A stretch of 63,983 nucleotides of DNA, the filler included, from Octopus bimaculoides (taxonomy: Eukaryota): the NCBI RefSeq assembly GCF_001194135.2. It is 7 parts of 7 records of this genome, joined end to end, with 100 filler letters (N's around TTAATTAATTAA, not from the genome) between each part and the next. Parts side by side here need not be neighbours in the genome. Positions count along the whole stretch, not along the records: positions 19,325 to 29,385 come from NC_068999.1; positions 29,486 to 41,109 come from NC_068982.1; 5 more parts are not named here. The stretch is one strand, 5' to 3'. Positions 23,110 through 34,013 of this stretch are shown here, one piece after another; position 1 is the stretch's first letter; every line of letters starts with the position of its first letter. Under the pieces are notes generated by a model. It ran no database searches. It saw only the letters and a program-made list of their open reading frames with translations, and was not told the origin of the DNA. The position numbers and the translations under genes are program-made.

Positions 23110-24380
23110 GATGCAGGTTCACCTACAAAAACCTTGTTATGACTTTTACTTTCTCTAAGTGATTGGGTTCAGTCGTCTTCTCTGGGCCATCAGAGAGTGC
23201 ACCGATGACGGCGCAGAATGCCACCACACATAAGCAGAATTGTCAGCCAGATCCAAGGACCACACCAGACCATTCGATTGGTAGTAGCAACGCATGGTGT
23301 GTACAAAGGGCAGGGACGTGATTGACACCGGCTGATGACCTGCGCCTACCGGCAATTCCTCGTTCACGGGGTTGGTTCCAGGCCCTGATCCCTGTCTAAG
23401 AAAAGCTGTGTTTACCAGCCGACTGGCCCAACTGCAGCGGTGTGTCACTACCAGGCTTGCGTTGGCTGAGCTGACCAGGTCACCACCGCTATCACTCCAC
23501 AACCGATGCTACAACCAAGTCGTGAGTGCCCCACGAGCAGGAAGCAGCTGGACGCTTCTGCAGCACTGGATGCAAAGGAGAGCAGCAGCAATGGCAAGTC
23601 CGGGCAGTGTGCAGAGATACCGACGACAGATTCAGCACTGCTGTGCTACCGAAAAGCAGTAATCAATGCACTAGTTAGCAGACTGGAGTCTCATTCGTTA
23701 TCGGAATCATCCAGATGGATCACTCCACCAACTAAGGACAGCCATGCATCGCTAACCACTGAATCGAGAAAGAGCTTTCATCTGTTAATCCTACCAATGT
23801 CCAGACTGGGTGAGTTTTCCCGTCAATTCCTTTTAAGTTTCTGTTTTGCAACCATACTCCCCCTGGTACCGACTATAGTTTCCCCTGCAGGCTCCCTACC
23901 AGATCATTGAAGCGAATGCTGATGAAGTGCCAGTCAGCATCGTGTACGGTTGGAACTACGACGGTATCCAATCATCTTTGAATCTCCGATATTTGCTCTT
24001 GATCGAGGAAAACATGCTTGCCACACGCCGCCACTGCAGTATGTCTTGCGACGATTCAAGAATTTCACCTCTAACATCGCAATATGAGTGGCCCCGATCG
24101 CTACCTTCGATCATTGCCTCGTTATGAATGGAGATTGATGGATGATGCATGGACGAGACCATTTCCCGTCATTCCATGCTTTTCATATGCAAGCCAGCAG
24201 GGCTTGCTCTGAGCACTAATTTTTTCACAGCGAACGTAGCGGCCACCTTGGACACTTGGCGAAGATCACCCTCGGAGGAACCTTGCAGGCCAAAATGACC
24301 GGGAGGTGGATGCGCTGCCGCAACGCAAACGGTGACTTCCAACGACGCCTGCATCGTGGCTTCTGCACCAATCCGCACAT
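23110..24380 (-). pseudogene. 18S rRNA pseudogene fragment (V4 to 3' end), diverged, with two internal deletions
   Basis: Minus strand keeps universal 18S blocks: GAAAAAATTAG, TTAGAGGTGAAATTCTTG, GATACCGTCGTAGTTCC, GGAGTATGGTTGCAA..GAAACTTAAA.GGAATTGACGG, CTTAGTTGGTGGAG, TTCCGATAACGAA.GAGACT, GAACGAGGAATT, GTCCCTGCCCTTTGTACACAC, AAGTAAAAGTC.TAACAAGGTTT..GTAGGTGAACCTGC. Confidence 0.95.
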
Positions 24381-24834
24381 ATACGCACACAAATATTCAC
24401 ATACATATACACACGTAAATATATTTACGCTATTAATCATTCATCACTCCTAAGAAGAAAGTGATATAGATCCCTTTAGATCAGTTAAATTCGATTGGTT
24501 AGTGGAATTTCAAATATTTTTCAAACTAGATAGCATTTCGAGTGAATTTGAATAGGTCTTACGGTTTATTTAGATTTTTATTTTGAATAATGGGTTAATA
24601 TTTTATTAATATCAATTTTAAACTAGTGTAATGGAAGAGGAGAGAGAAATGTGTAAAGATTTTGCATATAAATTTGTTTATAAATTATGTTTATATTCAT
24701 ATAAATGTGAGAATATAATATAAGCTCATGAGAGTGCAGACATATAAATAATTAGTTGTAAATGTAAGTTTAAGTGAATAATGAAGCAAATAATTAGTTA
24801 AATGGTAACTTATTGATTTGAATGGTATATATAC

Positions 24835-24867
<33 letters not shown>

Positions 24868-25535
24868 NNNNNNNNNNNNNNNNNNNNNNNNNNNNNNNNN
24901 NNNNNNNNNNNNNNNNNNNNNNNNNNNNNNNNNNNNNNNNNNNNNNNNNNNNNNNNNNNNNNNNNNNNNNNNNNNNNNNNNNNNNNNNNNNNNNNNNNNN
25001 NNNNNNNNNNNNNNNNNNNNNNNNNNNNNNNNNNNNNNNNNNNNNNNNNNNNNNNNNNNNNNNNNNNNNNNNNNNNNNNNNNNNNNNNNNNNNNNNNNNN
25101 NNNNNNNNNNNNNNNNNNNNNNNNNNNNNNNNNNNNNNNNNNNNNNNNNNNNNNNNNNNNNNNNNNNNNNNNNNNNNNNNNNNNNNNNNNNNNNNNNNNN
25201 NNNNNNNNNNNNNNNNNNNNNNNNNNNNNNNNNNNNNNNNNNNNNNNNNNNNNNNNNNNNNNNNNNNNNNNNNNNNNNNNNNNNNNNNNNNNNNNNNNNN
25301 NNNNNNNNNNNNNNNNNNNNNNNNNNNNNNNNNNNNNNNNNNNNNNNNNNNNNNNNNNNNNNNNNNNNNNNNNNNNNNNNNNNNNNNNNNNNNNNNNNNN
25401 NNNNNNNNNNNNNNNNNNNNNNNNNNNNNNNNNNNNNNNNNNNNNNNNNNNNNNNNNNNNNNNNNNNNNNNNNNNNNNNNNNNNNNNNNNNNNNNNNNNN
25501 NNNNNNNNNNNNNNNNNNNNNNNNCACATAACTGT

Positions 25536-25582
<47 letters not shown>

Positions 25583-27130
25583 AAACACAAACCTGGAGAC
25601 AAAACACAAACCCCTTCAGGTAGATGGCCCTCCTCGATCTGTAGAAAAAGCGTAGGTAGAAACTCTATAAGATGTACACAGTGTAAGTTATGGACACATA
25701 AGAGATGCAGCAATATTAAAGGAAGGTTAACTAGGAAGTTAGTTTTTGTATGTGGCAGATGTTCAGGTGCAATAAACACTGTAAATATGCAGAAAACAAC
25801 TTCTACCACATTCCAGGGAGAAAAACTAGACATAGTTGATAGATTCCGCTATCTAGGTGACCAAGTTAGTAGTGAGGGAGGGTGCAATGAAAGTGTAGCT
25901 GCTAGAATAAGAATAGCCTGGGCAAAGTTCAGAGAGCTCTTATCTCTGCTGGCGACAAAGGGCCTCTCATTCAGAGTAAAAAGCAGACTGTAAAACGCAT
26001 GTGTATAAACAGCCATGCTACATGGCAGTGAAACATGGGCTGTGACTGCTGAGGACATGCGTAAGCTCGCAAGGAATGAAGCCAGTATGCTCCGATGGAT
26101 GTGTAATGTCAGTGTGCATACTCGACAGAGTGTAAGTACCTTGAGAGAAAAGTTGGACCTAAGAAGCATCAGTTGTGGTGTGCAAGAGAGACGATTGTGC
26201 TGGTATGGTCATGTGGCAAGAATGGATGAGGATAGCTGTGTGAAAAAGTGCCACAACCTAGCAGTTGAGGGAACCTGTGGAAGAGGTAGACCCAGGGAGA
26301 CCTGGGATGAGGTGGTGAAGCATGACCTTCAAACATTAGGCCTCACCAAGGCAATGACTAGTGACCGAGACCTTTGGAAATATGCTGTGTGTGAGAAGAC
26401 TTGGCAAGCCAAGTGAGACCATAATCCAAGGCCTCTGCCAGGGGTGTTGCCAGCCCACATATGCGTACCGTTCCTTCATTGGACACTAAACTCCGCTTGC
26501 CAAGACCTGTTGAGGCAAGTGAAATCGAAATTGAACTAAATTCGACGACTGGCACCTATGCCAACCTTCCTTCATTGGACACTAAACTCAGCTTGCAAAG
26601 ACTTGTTGAGGTAAATGAGATCGAAACTGAACCAAATTTGATGACTGGCACCCATGCCAATACAGTGCTAACAGCACCATCCGAGCGGGATCACTGCCAG
26701 TGCAGCGGTCTTGCTCCCATGCTGGTGGCACGTAAAAAGCACCATTTGAGCGCGATCGCTTCCAGATTTGCCTTACTGGCACTTGTGCCGGTGGCATGTG
26801 AACAAAACATTGGACTGATTCCTGTGCAGGTGGCATGTAAAAAACACCATTTGAGCGCCAGACTGGTGGCACATAAAAAGCACCTACTACACTCTCGGAG
26901 TGGTTGGCGTTAGGAAGGGCATCCAGCTGTAGAAACTNNNNNNNNNNTAAAAAGCACCTACTACACTCTCGGAGTGGTTGGCGTTAGGAAGGGCATCCAG
27001 CTGTAGAAACTCTGCCAGATCAGATTGGAGTCTGGTGTAGCCATCTGGTTCGCCAGTCCCCAGTCAAATCGTCCAACCCATGCTAGCATGGAAAGCGGAC
27101 GTTAAATGATGATCATGATCATGATCATCA
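25583..27130 (+). mobile_element. Second PHD-RTE LINE copy (3' portion plus full 3' UTR and (GAT)n tail)
   Basis: Highly similar to 5529-7055. ORF ends at 26416 (WKYAVCEKTWQAK*), with a premature TAA at about 25991. Confidence 0.92.
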
Positions 27131-27443
27131 GCATGATAAAAAATTCTTTAATGTGTTTTCCATGCAGACTTTTTAATATTATCATCATCATCATCATCAT
27201 CATCATCATTATTATTATTATTAGTATTAGTATTAATAATAATACTACTACTAATAATAATAATATTTAAAGAATTGATGTTATTCCTCCAGAAAGTAAA
27301 GAAACAATAAAAAGAGTGCAACTGTTATCGAATGAGATGCCGAAATATTGTTCATTCAATAACAGTTGCACTCTTCTTATTGTTTCTTTTATTATTATTA
27401 TGATTATGATTATTATTATTATTATTATATTATTATTATTATT

Positions 27444-27758
27444 AAAGAGGTGAGTTGGCAGAATTGTTAGCATGCTGGGAAGAATACTTAGTGGCATTTC
27501 ATCTGTCTTTACATTCTGAGTTCAACTTTTGATTTTCATCCTTTAGTGGGTGGNNNNNNNNNNNNNNNNNNNNNNNNNNNNNNNNNNNNNNNNNNNNNNN
27601 NNNNNNNNNNNNNNNNNNNNNNNNNNNNNNNNNNNNNNNNNNNNNNNNNNNNNNNNNNNNNNNNNNNNNNNNNNNNNNNNNNNNNNNGTACTGGGGTCAA
27701 TCTAATCGAATGGCCCCCTCCCCAAAATTTCAGGCCTTGTGCCTATAGTAGAAAGGAT
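27444..27758 (+). mobile_element. SINE-B spanning an N gap, embedded in (ATT)n on both sides
   Basis: Head at 27444, tail GGCCTTGTGCCTATAGTAGAAAGG then ATT repeats to about 27875. Confidence 0.8.
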
Positions 27759-27797
27759 TATTATTATTATTATTAACATCATCATCATTATTATTAA

Positions 27798-27852
<55 letters not shown>

Positions 27853-29485
27853 ATTATTATTATTATTATTATTATTTAAAACAGTTTGATTTGGCTCCAT
27901 GTGACTTAAAGTTTCACAGGCTTCTAACAGAGACTTAGCTCATTCAGGCCCAAATTACTGAATGGAGGAAGACAGGACGTCCAAGATGGTTACTGGAAAA
28001 TAGTCTGCTATTGGTCAAGGTGGGTCACATGGTGTTGTTAGAAGTGAGATCAGCATTTTAGCGACACCAGATGCATTAGAAAGGAAAATTTCTAATTTGG
28101 AAGAACATATATGCATGTGGTTTTGTCTGCTGTGTGCATGTGTGTTTACATATATGTGTATATATTCATGCTTTTGGTATTTATGTGTGTGGACATGACA
28201 GATATATGCTAGTGTAGTTGCAACAGCTTTGCTGGGTTGGGGGATTATAGGATATGGATTGATGTTTGGTGATGTGGGGTGAAGGGAAGAGAGGAGAAGA
28301 ACAGTCAGTATGCGTACATAGATATGTATATGTGTGTGTGTATGCGTGTATACACACACCCATATAGACACACACTCTCACTGGCCTTGCTTCTGTAGTG
28401 GATATGTACCCTGTTGTAGTGAGTTGGTCTGTTGGGTTTGAATAAACTGCAGAGACTCGGTAATCAGAGTAAAATTTCATTTATTTAGTATAAATGATAC
28501 TGCGTTGAGTGGACATCGAAACATATCACTACATTACAAACGTGTATAACTAGCTACGAGTTATATGCGGAGAAAGCATGTATTTGGTTCAGCTCGGCTG
28601 ATGGCAGTGAAAACCGCTGTTCTGGGTTGTTGCATATCTAAGCTGAGTTGATATCAGTTAAAACTGCTGTTCGTACATTCGAGTCAGACTGCCCATCTAC
28701 TGTTCCCTGTGCTGTATTTATAGTCAGCAGCGAGGTAGACGATCTGTTTTTAGCTATGGTGAAATTCTGCTGCTGATTTACAAAAAGGGCGCCAATTTAA
28801 GGTTTTCACTAAGGAAGCTGTCAATCTATTTTTAGCGATGATGAAATCCTAACTAACTTAATCTAAGGCTATGAGGTGTCCATTGCACTTCTGTCAGCTT
28901 TCAAGTCCCTGCAAGGACTCGCCAGTCACCTAGACACCAACACCTTCCTGTTCATCAATGCAATCCAAGAAATTTTCCTTTCTAATGCATCTGGTGTCAC
29001 TGCAATGCTGCTCTCACTTCTAACAACACCATGCAACTCGCCTTGATCAATTAGCCACCCATTTTCCAGTAGCTATCTTGAACAACCAGTAGCCATATAG
29101 ACTTCCTGCATACCCTCTGTTATGTTTCCCTCGGACTGACTCGCAGAGATAACATAACGAGTTATACAATTTAATTATTACATTTATTGTTCAATTACAT
29201 ACAAAGAACGCACTCACCCAATGTTCGTTATGAATAAACAAAAGTCATGTCTGCCATATATATATCAATGACATTTTACTACGACAGTCCCACAAGACAA
29301 CAACAATGAAACAATGAACTCAGACGAACCACATGACACACGGAACGTCAGACGAATGACATATCTAACAGTCCATATAACACCCNNNNNNNNNNNNNNN
29401 NNNNNNNNNNNNNNNNNNNNNNNNNNNNNTTAATTAATTAANNNNNNNNNNNNNNNNNNNNNNNNNNNNNNNNNNNNNNNNNNNN

Positions 29486-29516
<31 letters not shown>

Positions 29517-29819
29517 TGTGACAGGCTTCTTTCATTTTTCGTCTGCCAAATCCACTCACAAGGCCTTGGTCGGCCCGACGCTATAGTAGATGACACTTGC
29601 CCAAGGTGCCACGCAGTGGGAATGAACCCGGAACCATGTGGTTGGTAAGCAAGCTACTTACTACACAGCCACTCTTGCGTTATTATTATTATTATCATTA
29701 TTATTATTATTATTGTTGTTGTTGTTATTATTATTATTATTATTTAATTGTAAAGTATGGACATAAAATACTGGTGTTTGTTGGGGGTGTTTTTTCTTCT
29801 TCGTGTTAACTGAGAAATC

Positions 29820-30900
29820 TTAATGAAGATCACAAATCGGTCTTGATATACAAGCGTTCTTGGTACCATGATACATTTTAGGCGAGATTGAGCCTAATAC
29901 ACCTATAATAACTAGTTCAACTTGCATTTTTGCTGCTGGGCATCCTACATTCATGATATGTTTGCTGTTAAATGGGCACATTTCGAGAATTTTTCTAGTT
30001 CCTTGTCCGCAATATTTTTGTCCGAAGGGATTGGTACATCTGGTCATGAAAATTATATTGCAGCTGAGATCATCAAAAGCGTCTGTTAGCACTTTTTTTG
30101 AGGAGAAAGTATTATCCTTCAAAGAGCCCTCATTTTCTATACGAAAGCAATTTACAGACTCATAAATTTTTTCTCTGATCTTAATCTAAACGACCACTTT
30201 CGGCTTCTCTCTGCTTCCATTCTCGAACTCTCACTTCATCCATATATTGATGGATAATTCTTCTCTGACTCAGAAAATTTCAAAAGTCCGCTGCTGTCAT
30301 TTCTCGCAACTGTGAACTATTATGAGTCCCAGTTGTCTTCCTTTCTCTGGAAACTTTCAGATTGGCCAGGTTGTTTGCTTTTCTTTTCTTCTTCGAAACA
30401 GACTGACTGAGACAGTCACTCTCTTTGTAATTTCCATCCGTGAAAGTTGATGGTATGGTATTGCTATGATGGGGTTTCGATGTTTTTGCCTTTCCTGCTT
30501 CTTCCTCTATGGTTACTAGTGTTGATGATGAGTTTTCCGACATGCTTGCTACTACAAACGGTGATGCGACTGAAGATACATTTAAGATAGCAGAAACCGG
30601 TGCCTGCTCATTTCGACCGTTCTGCTTTTTACCCCGGTCATTGCAGTTCCTCGAAGAAGAAAGATCTCAACTTGTTAACACAAGTATAACACCTTGGATT
30701 TCTGCATTTCACATCTAGTCCATTTACGTCCATGTCACTAAGGTGAGACACAGCTAGAGGATGGTTCCATGATCATGAAGTCTCATTAGAATTCCAAACC
30801 TTTGCTTATCTCTCCCGCTTATGTGTTCCTCGCCCCTGTGTTAGAGTCTATCTTACTATCAATATTCCCGACTGTACCAGGCTTTATACGGTTATAATGT
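29820..30900 (-). mobile_element. Decayed long ORF, possibly LINE ORF1/gag-like
   Basis: Successive minus-strand open segments (30280-30543, 29820-30122) with a basic low-complexity linker followed by a globular-looking segment. No diagnostic motif. Confidence 0.3.
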
Positions 30901-31009
30901 TCCTCAAACGCTATATTCTTTTTTTTATTTTCTTTATTTTATTTGTTATTATGTTTTGGGCGGGAAAACTCCATATCCCGAATATAAAATATATTTGTAA
31001 AATAACAAC

Positions 31010-31990
31010 ATCCTTTTCAGGAATGTGATACCATATGTGACTAATGGTGCTCCACGTATGTCAGGGTACCACACTGGTCTGCTGTCATACACAAAAAGAA
31101 ATATTTAATCTACTCACAATTTACTATGTAATCCATCATCAACATATGATGGACAAAGGATTTAGTGGCTGACAGTTTTCATCATTTGCTTTAGTAATTT
31201 TTGCTGTTATGGGTTATGAGAATAGATTAGTGAAACATGTTGCCAGACTATTTCATTACACTGCAATTCGTTGGTTGCTAAAAGGGCTTTCTGTGAAAGA
31301 ATTCTTTCTACTTTAAAATAACTGTCATTGAAATTCTATTTGTAAAGCATGATGACCAAGAAGAAAAAAATATTGATCGTATTCATAAAGAAGCCACTCA
31401 CATAACTGGTATTTATGAAAATATGAACAACCTGATTTTCTAACTGCGACGGAAAAATGTTAATTTAATACAAACCAGAATGCAACCAATAGCTTTATGA
31501 GTAAAATTAAATTGTACAAGCAAAATCTTGTCAGAAGAGAAATATATCACATCGCATCTATGAACAGCATTTCATAATTATTTACAGATGGCCTTCTGAG
31601 GATTTACTATGCGCATCTACATCAAGTGAAGGATGAGCTTGAGATAGCATATAATGAAATCATTTATTTGATTATTCTTGAGTGAATAAATAAAATCTAT
31701 TTGTGTGGAAAATATTACAAAATATTTGAATTGCAGGAGTTATAAAATGTCAAATATGCAAAGCTGATTTTTGAAAATCAAATTTTGTATGAAATTTGGT
31801 TACAAAACAGTACACAATTTCCATGAGCAAGCCAGTTTAAATATTCCGTCATCCTATGTTGACGATAGAGTTTTTAAGTTAGTAACCCATTTTCTGACAA
31901 AGAATAGAGAGCTGAAAATAGTTGTGCCACGTGGAGATTAATAATTTCATTTATCAGATTTGGAACTAAAAAATAAAAAAAACTTGCTGT
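31010..31990 (+). mobile_element. hAT (Charlie/SPIN/Buster-type) transposase relic
   Basis: Frameshifted motifs VT(N/D)GAP.MSG, ..IHHQ (HCxxHQ-like) and HYTAIRWLLKG (EVRWLS-like), plus a decayed C-terminal dimerisation region. Confidence 0.65.
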
Positions 31991-32654
31991 TGGTCATCAG
32001 CAACAAAGGTGTTATGTCTCGAGCTACTGCTATCTAGCACCTTCGGATGATCCCTACTCAACCACTACACAACTGCTACTCGACTGCTACTCAACACTCC
32101 TACTACGGCCAGACTACCTCTATTTATATGTCTTGGAAGATCCTACTTCTTCGCCTGGTGGCGTCGACACGACAAAAGGTTACCCCACTAAACTTCTAAA
32201 CTACTAAACAATGCATGCTATATTAATTCTTCCTATTGATATTCTATTAAGAAACGATATCAATTATTATATTAATTATATTTTAATCATCTTAGGAAAC
32301 AATGCAACTTTAAAAGTTAAATAATGAAATTATTTACATTTATTTTTAGTTTAATTACAGCCATTATCTTTATTAAATAAGGGTAGAAGGAGGGTGGGGT
32401 TCTACAAATTATTCGAAATTATCCAAGTGTTTGGTGGACGATCAAACCTCAACCTCGCTGCCCTTCCCCTCTGAAAACAGAAGTAAAAATAAGAAATGCA
32501 GTTCTTTGGCTTCAGTTTTGTGATTCGATTTGATTACATTTTAAAATCTGCCTCAAATACCGTTGAAACAGAGTAAAGTAGCGGCAGTAGCAAGAACAGC
32601 ACCAATAATAATTATGATAATGATGTTGATGATGATGACAACGAAGACGACGAC

Positions 32655-32689
<35 letters not shown>

Positions 32690-33668
32690 GACAATTGCTA
32701 TAGCTGCATATGAACAGTAATACCTGTCCACGCTGCTACTGATGCCAATCTCCTGATTGACTTGTTGTTTTCCTTCCTGTTGTCTTCGTTTGCAATTATT
32801 TATTTATTATTTATTTATTTATTTTTTTACTACTATTGCTGTTACTGATGTTCTTGGCGTTTTTTTTTGTTGTTTTTTTTTGCTGCCATTGCTGCTGCTA
32901 GCGTGGCTTTTGTTGTTGTTCCTGTTGTTATTGTTGCTGTTTACATCGGGAATATAAAGCAATTTATCTGTCAAGTGTCAGGCCTGCACTTGGTTTACGG
33001 GCAGTTTGTTGTAGTGAAATAATCACTATGTCACGGCTGATGAAACAGCTTGTGTCATGATGTCGGGACAATTAATCTTAACCTTTTATCAGTTTAACGC
33101 CTCTCCCATTTCTCTCGACATTTCACCTCAAACTACAACATTGACAGCTTCTTCCTCTTCTTACTGCTACAAATGTTGCTGGTGTTGTTATTGTTGTTGC
33201 TATTGAAACTGCAATTGTTGTTGATGCTTCATAGCTGCCGTCTGCTTTTTGTTGGTGATGCTATTTTTGCAGTTCAGCCTCATATCAGCTCTGATAAAAC
33301 AAAGTTATGATAAACTGACGTTCCTGCCATGACCATTTCATCTTTCTTCATATTCAATATGTGCATAATCTCATTAACCATTGAATAATTTTAAAACTTA
33401 TTTCTATCACGTGGTTCAACCAGGTGGATATTCTTTTGTTATTGTTTATCCCCCAGCTCAGACTGATTTCCGATGGCAATCTATCTATGACCATCACGCT
33501 TAAATCGTTTATACACGACATTGATCAAAGAGTTTTTTTCCCCCCATGTTATGACTGTAGAACAAGATATTGCAGAGATTTGGCTGTCACTTCTAGCCAG
33601 TCAATGAAGCATGTTGTTCCTGCACTGCCGCTAAGTCTACTGTTTTGCGGTTACGTTATTGTTGTTAG

Positions 33669-33703
<35 letters not shown>

Positions 33704-33904
33704 TCTTCGTTTTTGTTTATGGTGTTCTTACGGTCGCTATGTTTGCAATTTCATTCAGTGTTGATGTACAAAAAAATCTTGATATTGTTTGACGTTTATG
33801 ATGTTGTTCTTGTCGTTGTTGCTGGCCTTGTTTCTAATATTGTTATTGCTGCTATTGTAGTTTTTATACATTTTTGTTGGTGTTGGCTGTATTTAAAATG
33901 ATTA

Positions 33905-33964
<60 letters not shown>

Positions 33965-33970
33965 TATTAC

Positions 33971-34013
<43 letters not shown>

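Noticed and set aside
23110-24380. Divergent 18S as contaminant or symbiont rRNA
   Set aside because: It is contiguous with host-type repeats without a gap, has lethal deletions, and has a long V7 expansion consistent with host cephalopod rDNA.
23155-24453. Cluster of 65-134 aa ORFs on both strands
   Set aside because: Chance ORFs in GC-rich 18S/ITS-derived sequence.
24697-25833. Long ORFs (e.g. 378 aa) and others rich in X, or poly-I/Y/L/HT/CV ORFs throughout
   Set aside because: Produced by N gaps, microsatellites or the antisense strand of LINEs.
26872-27013. Exact ~65-bp direct duplication either side of a 10-N gap
   Set aside because: Typical unmerged contig overlap.
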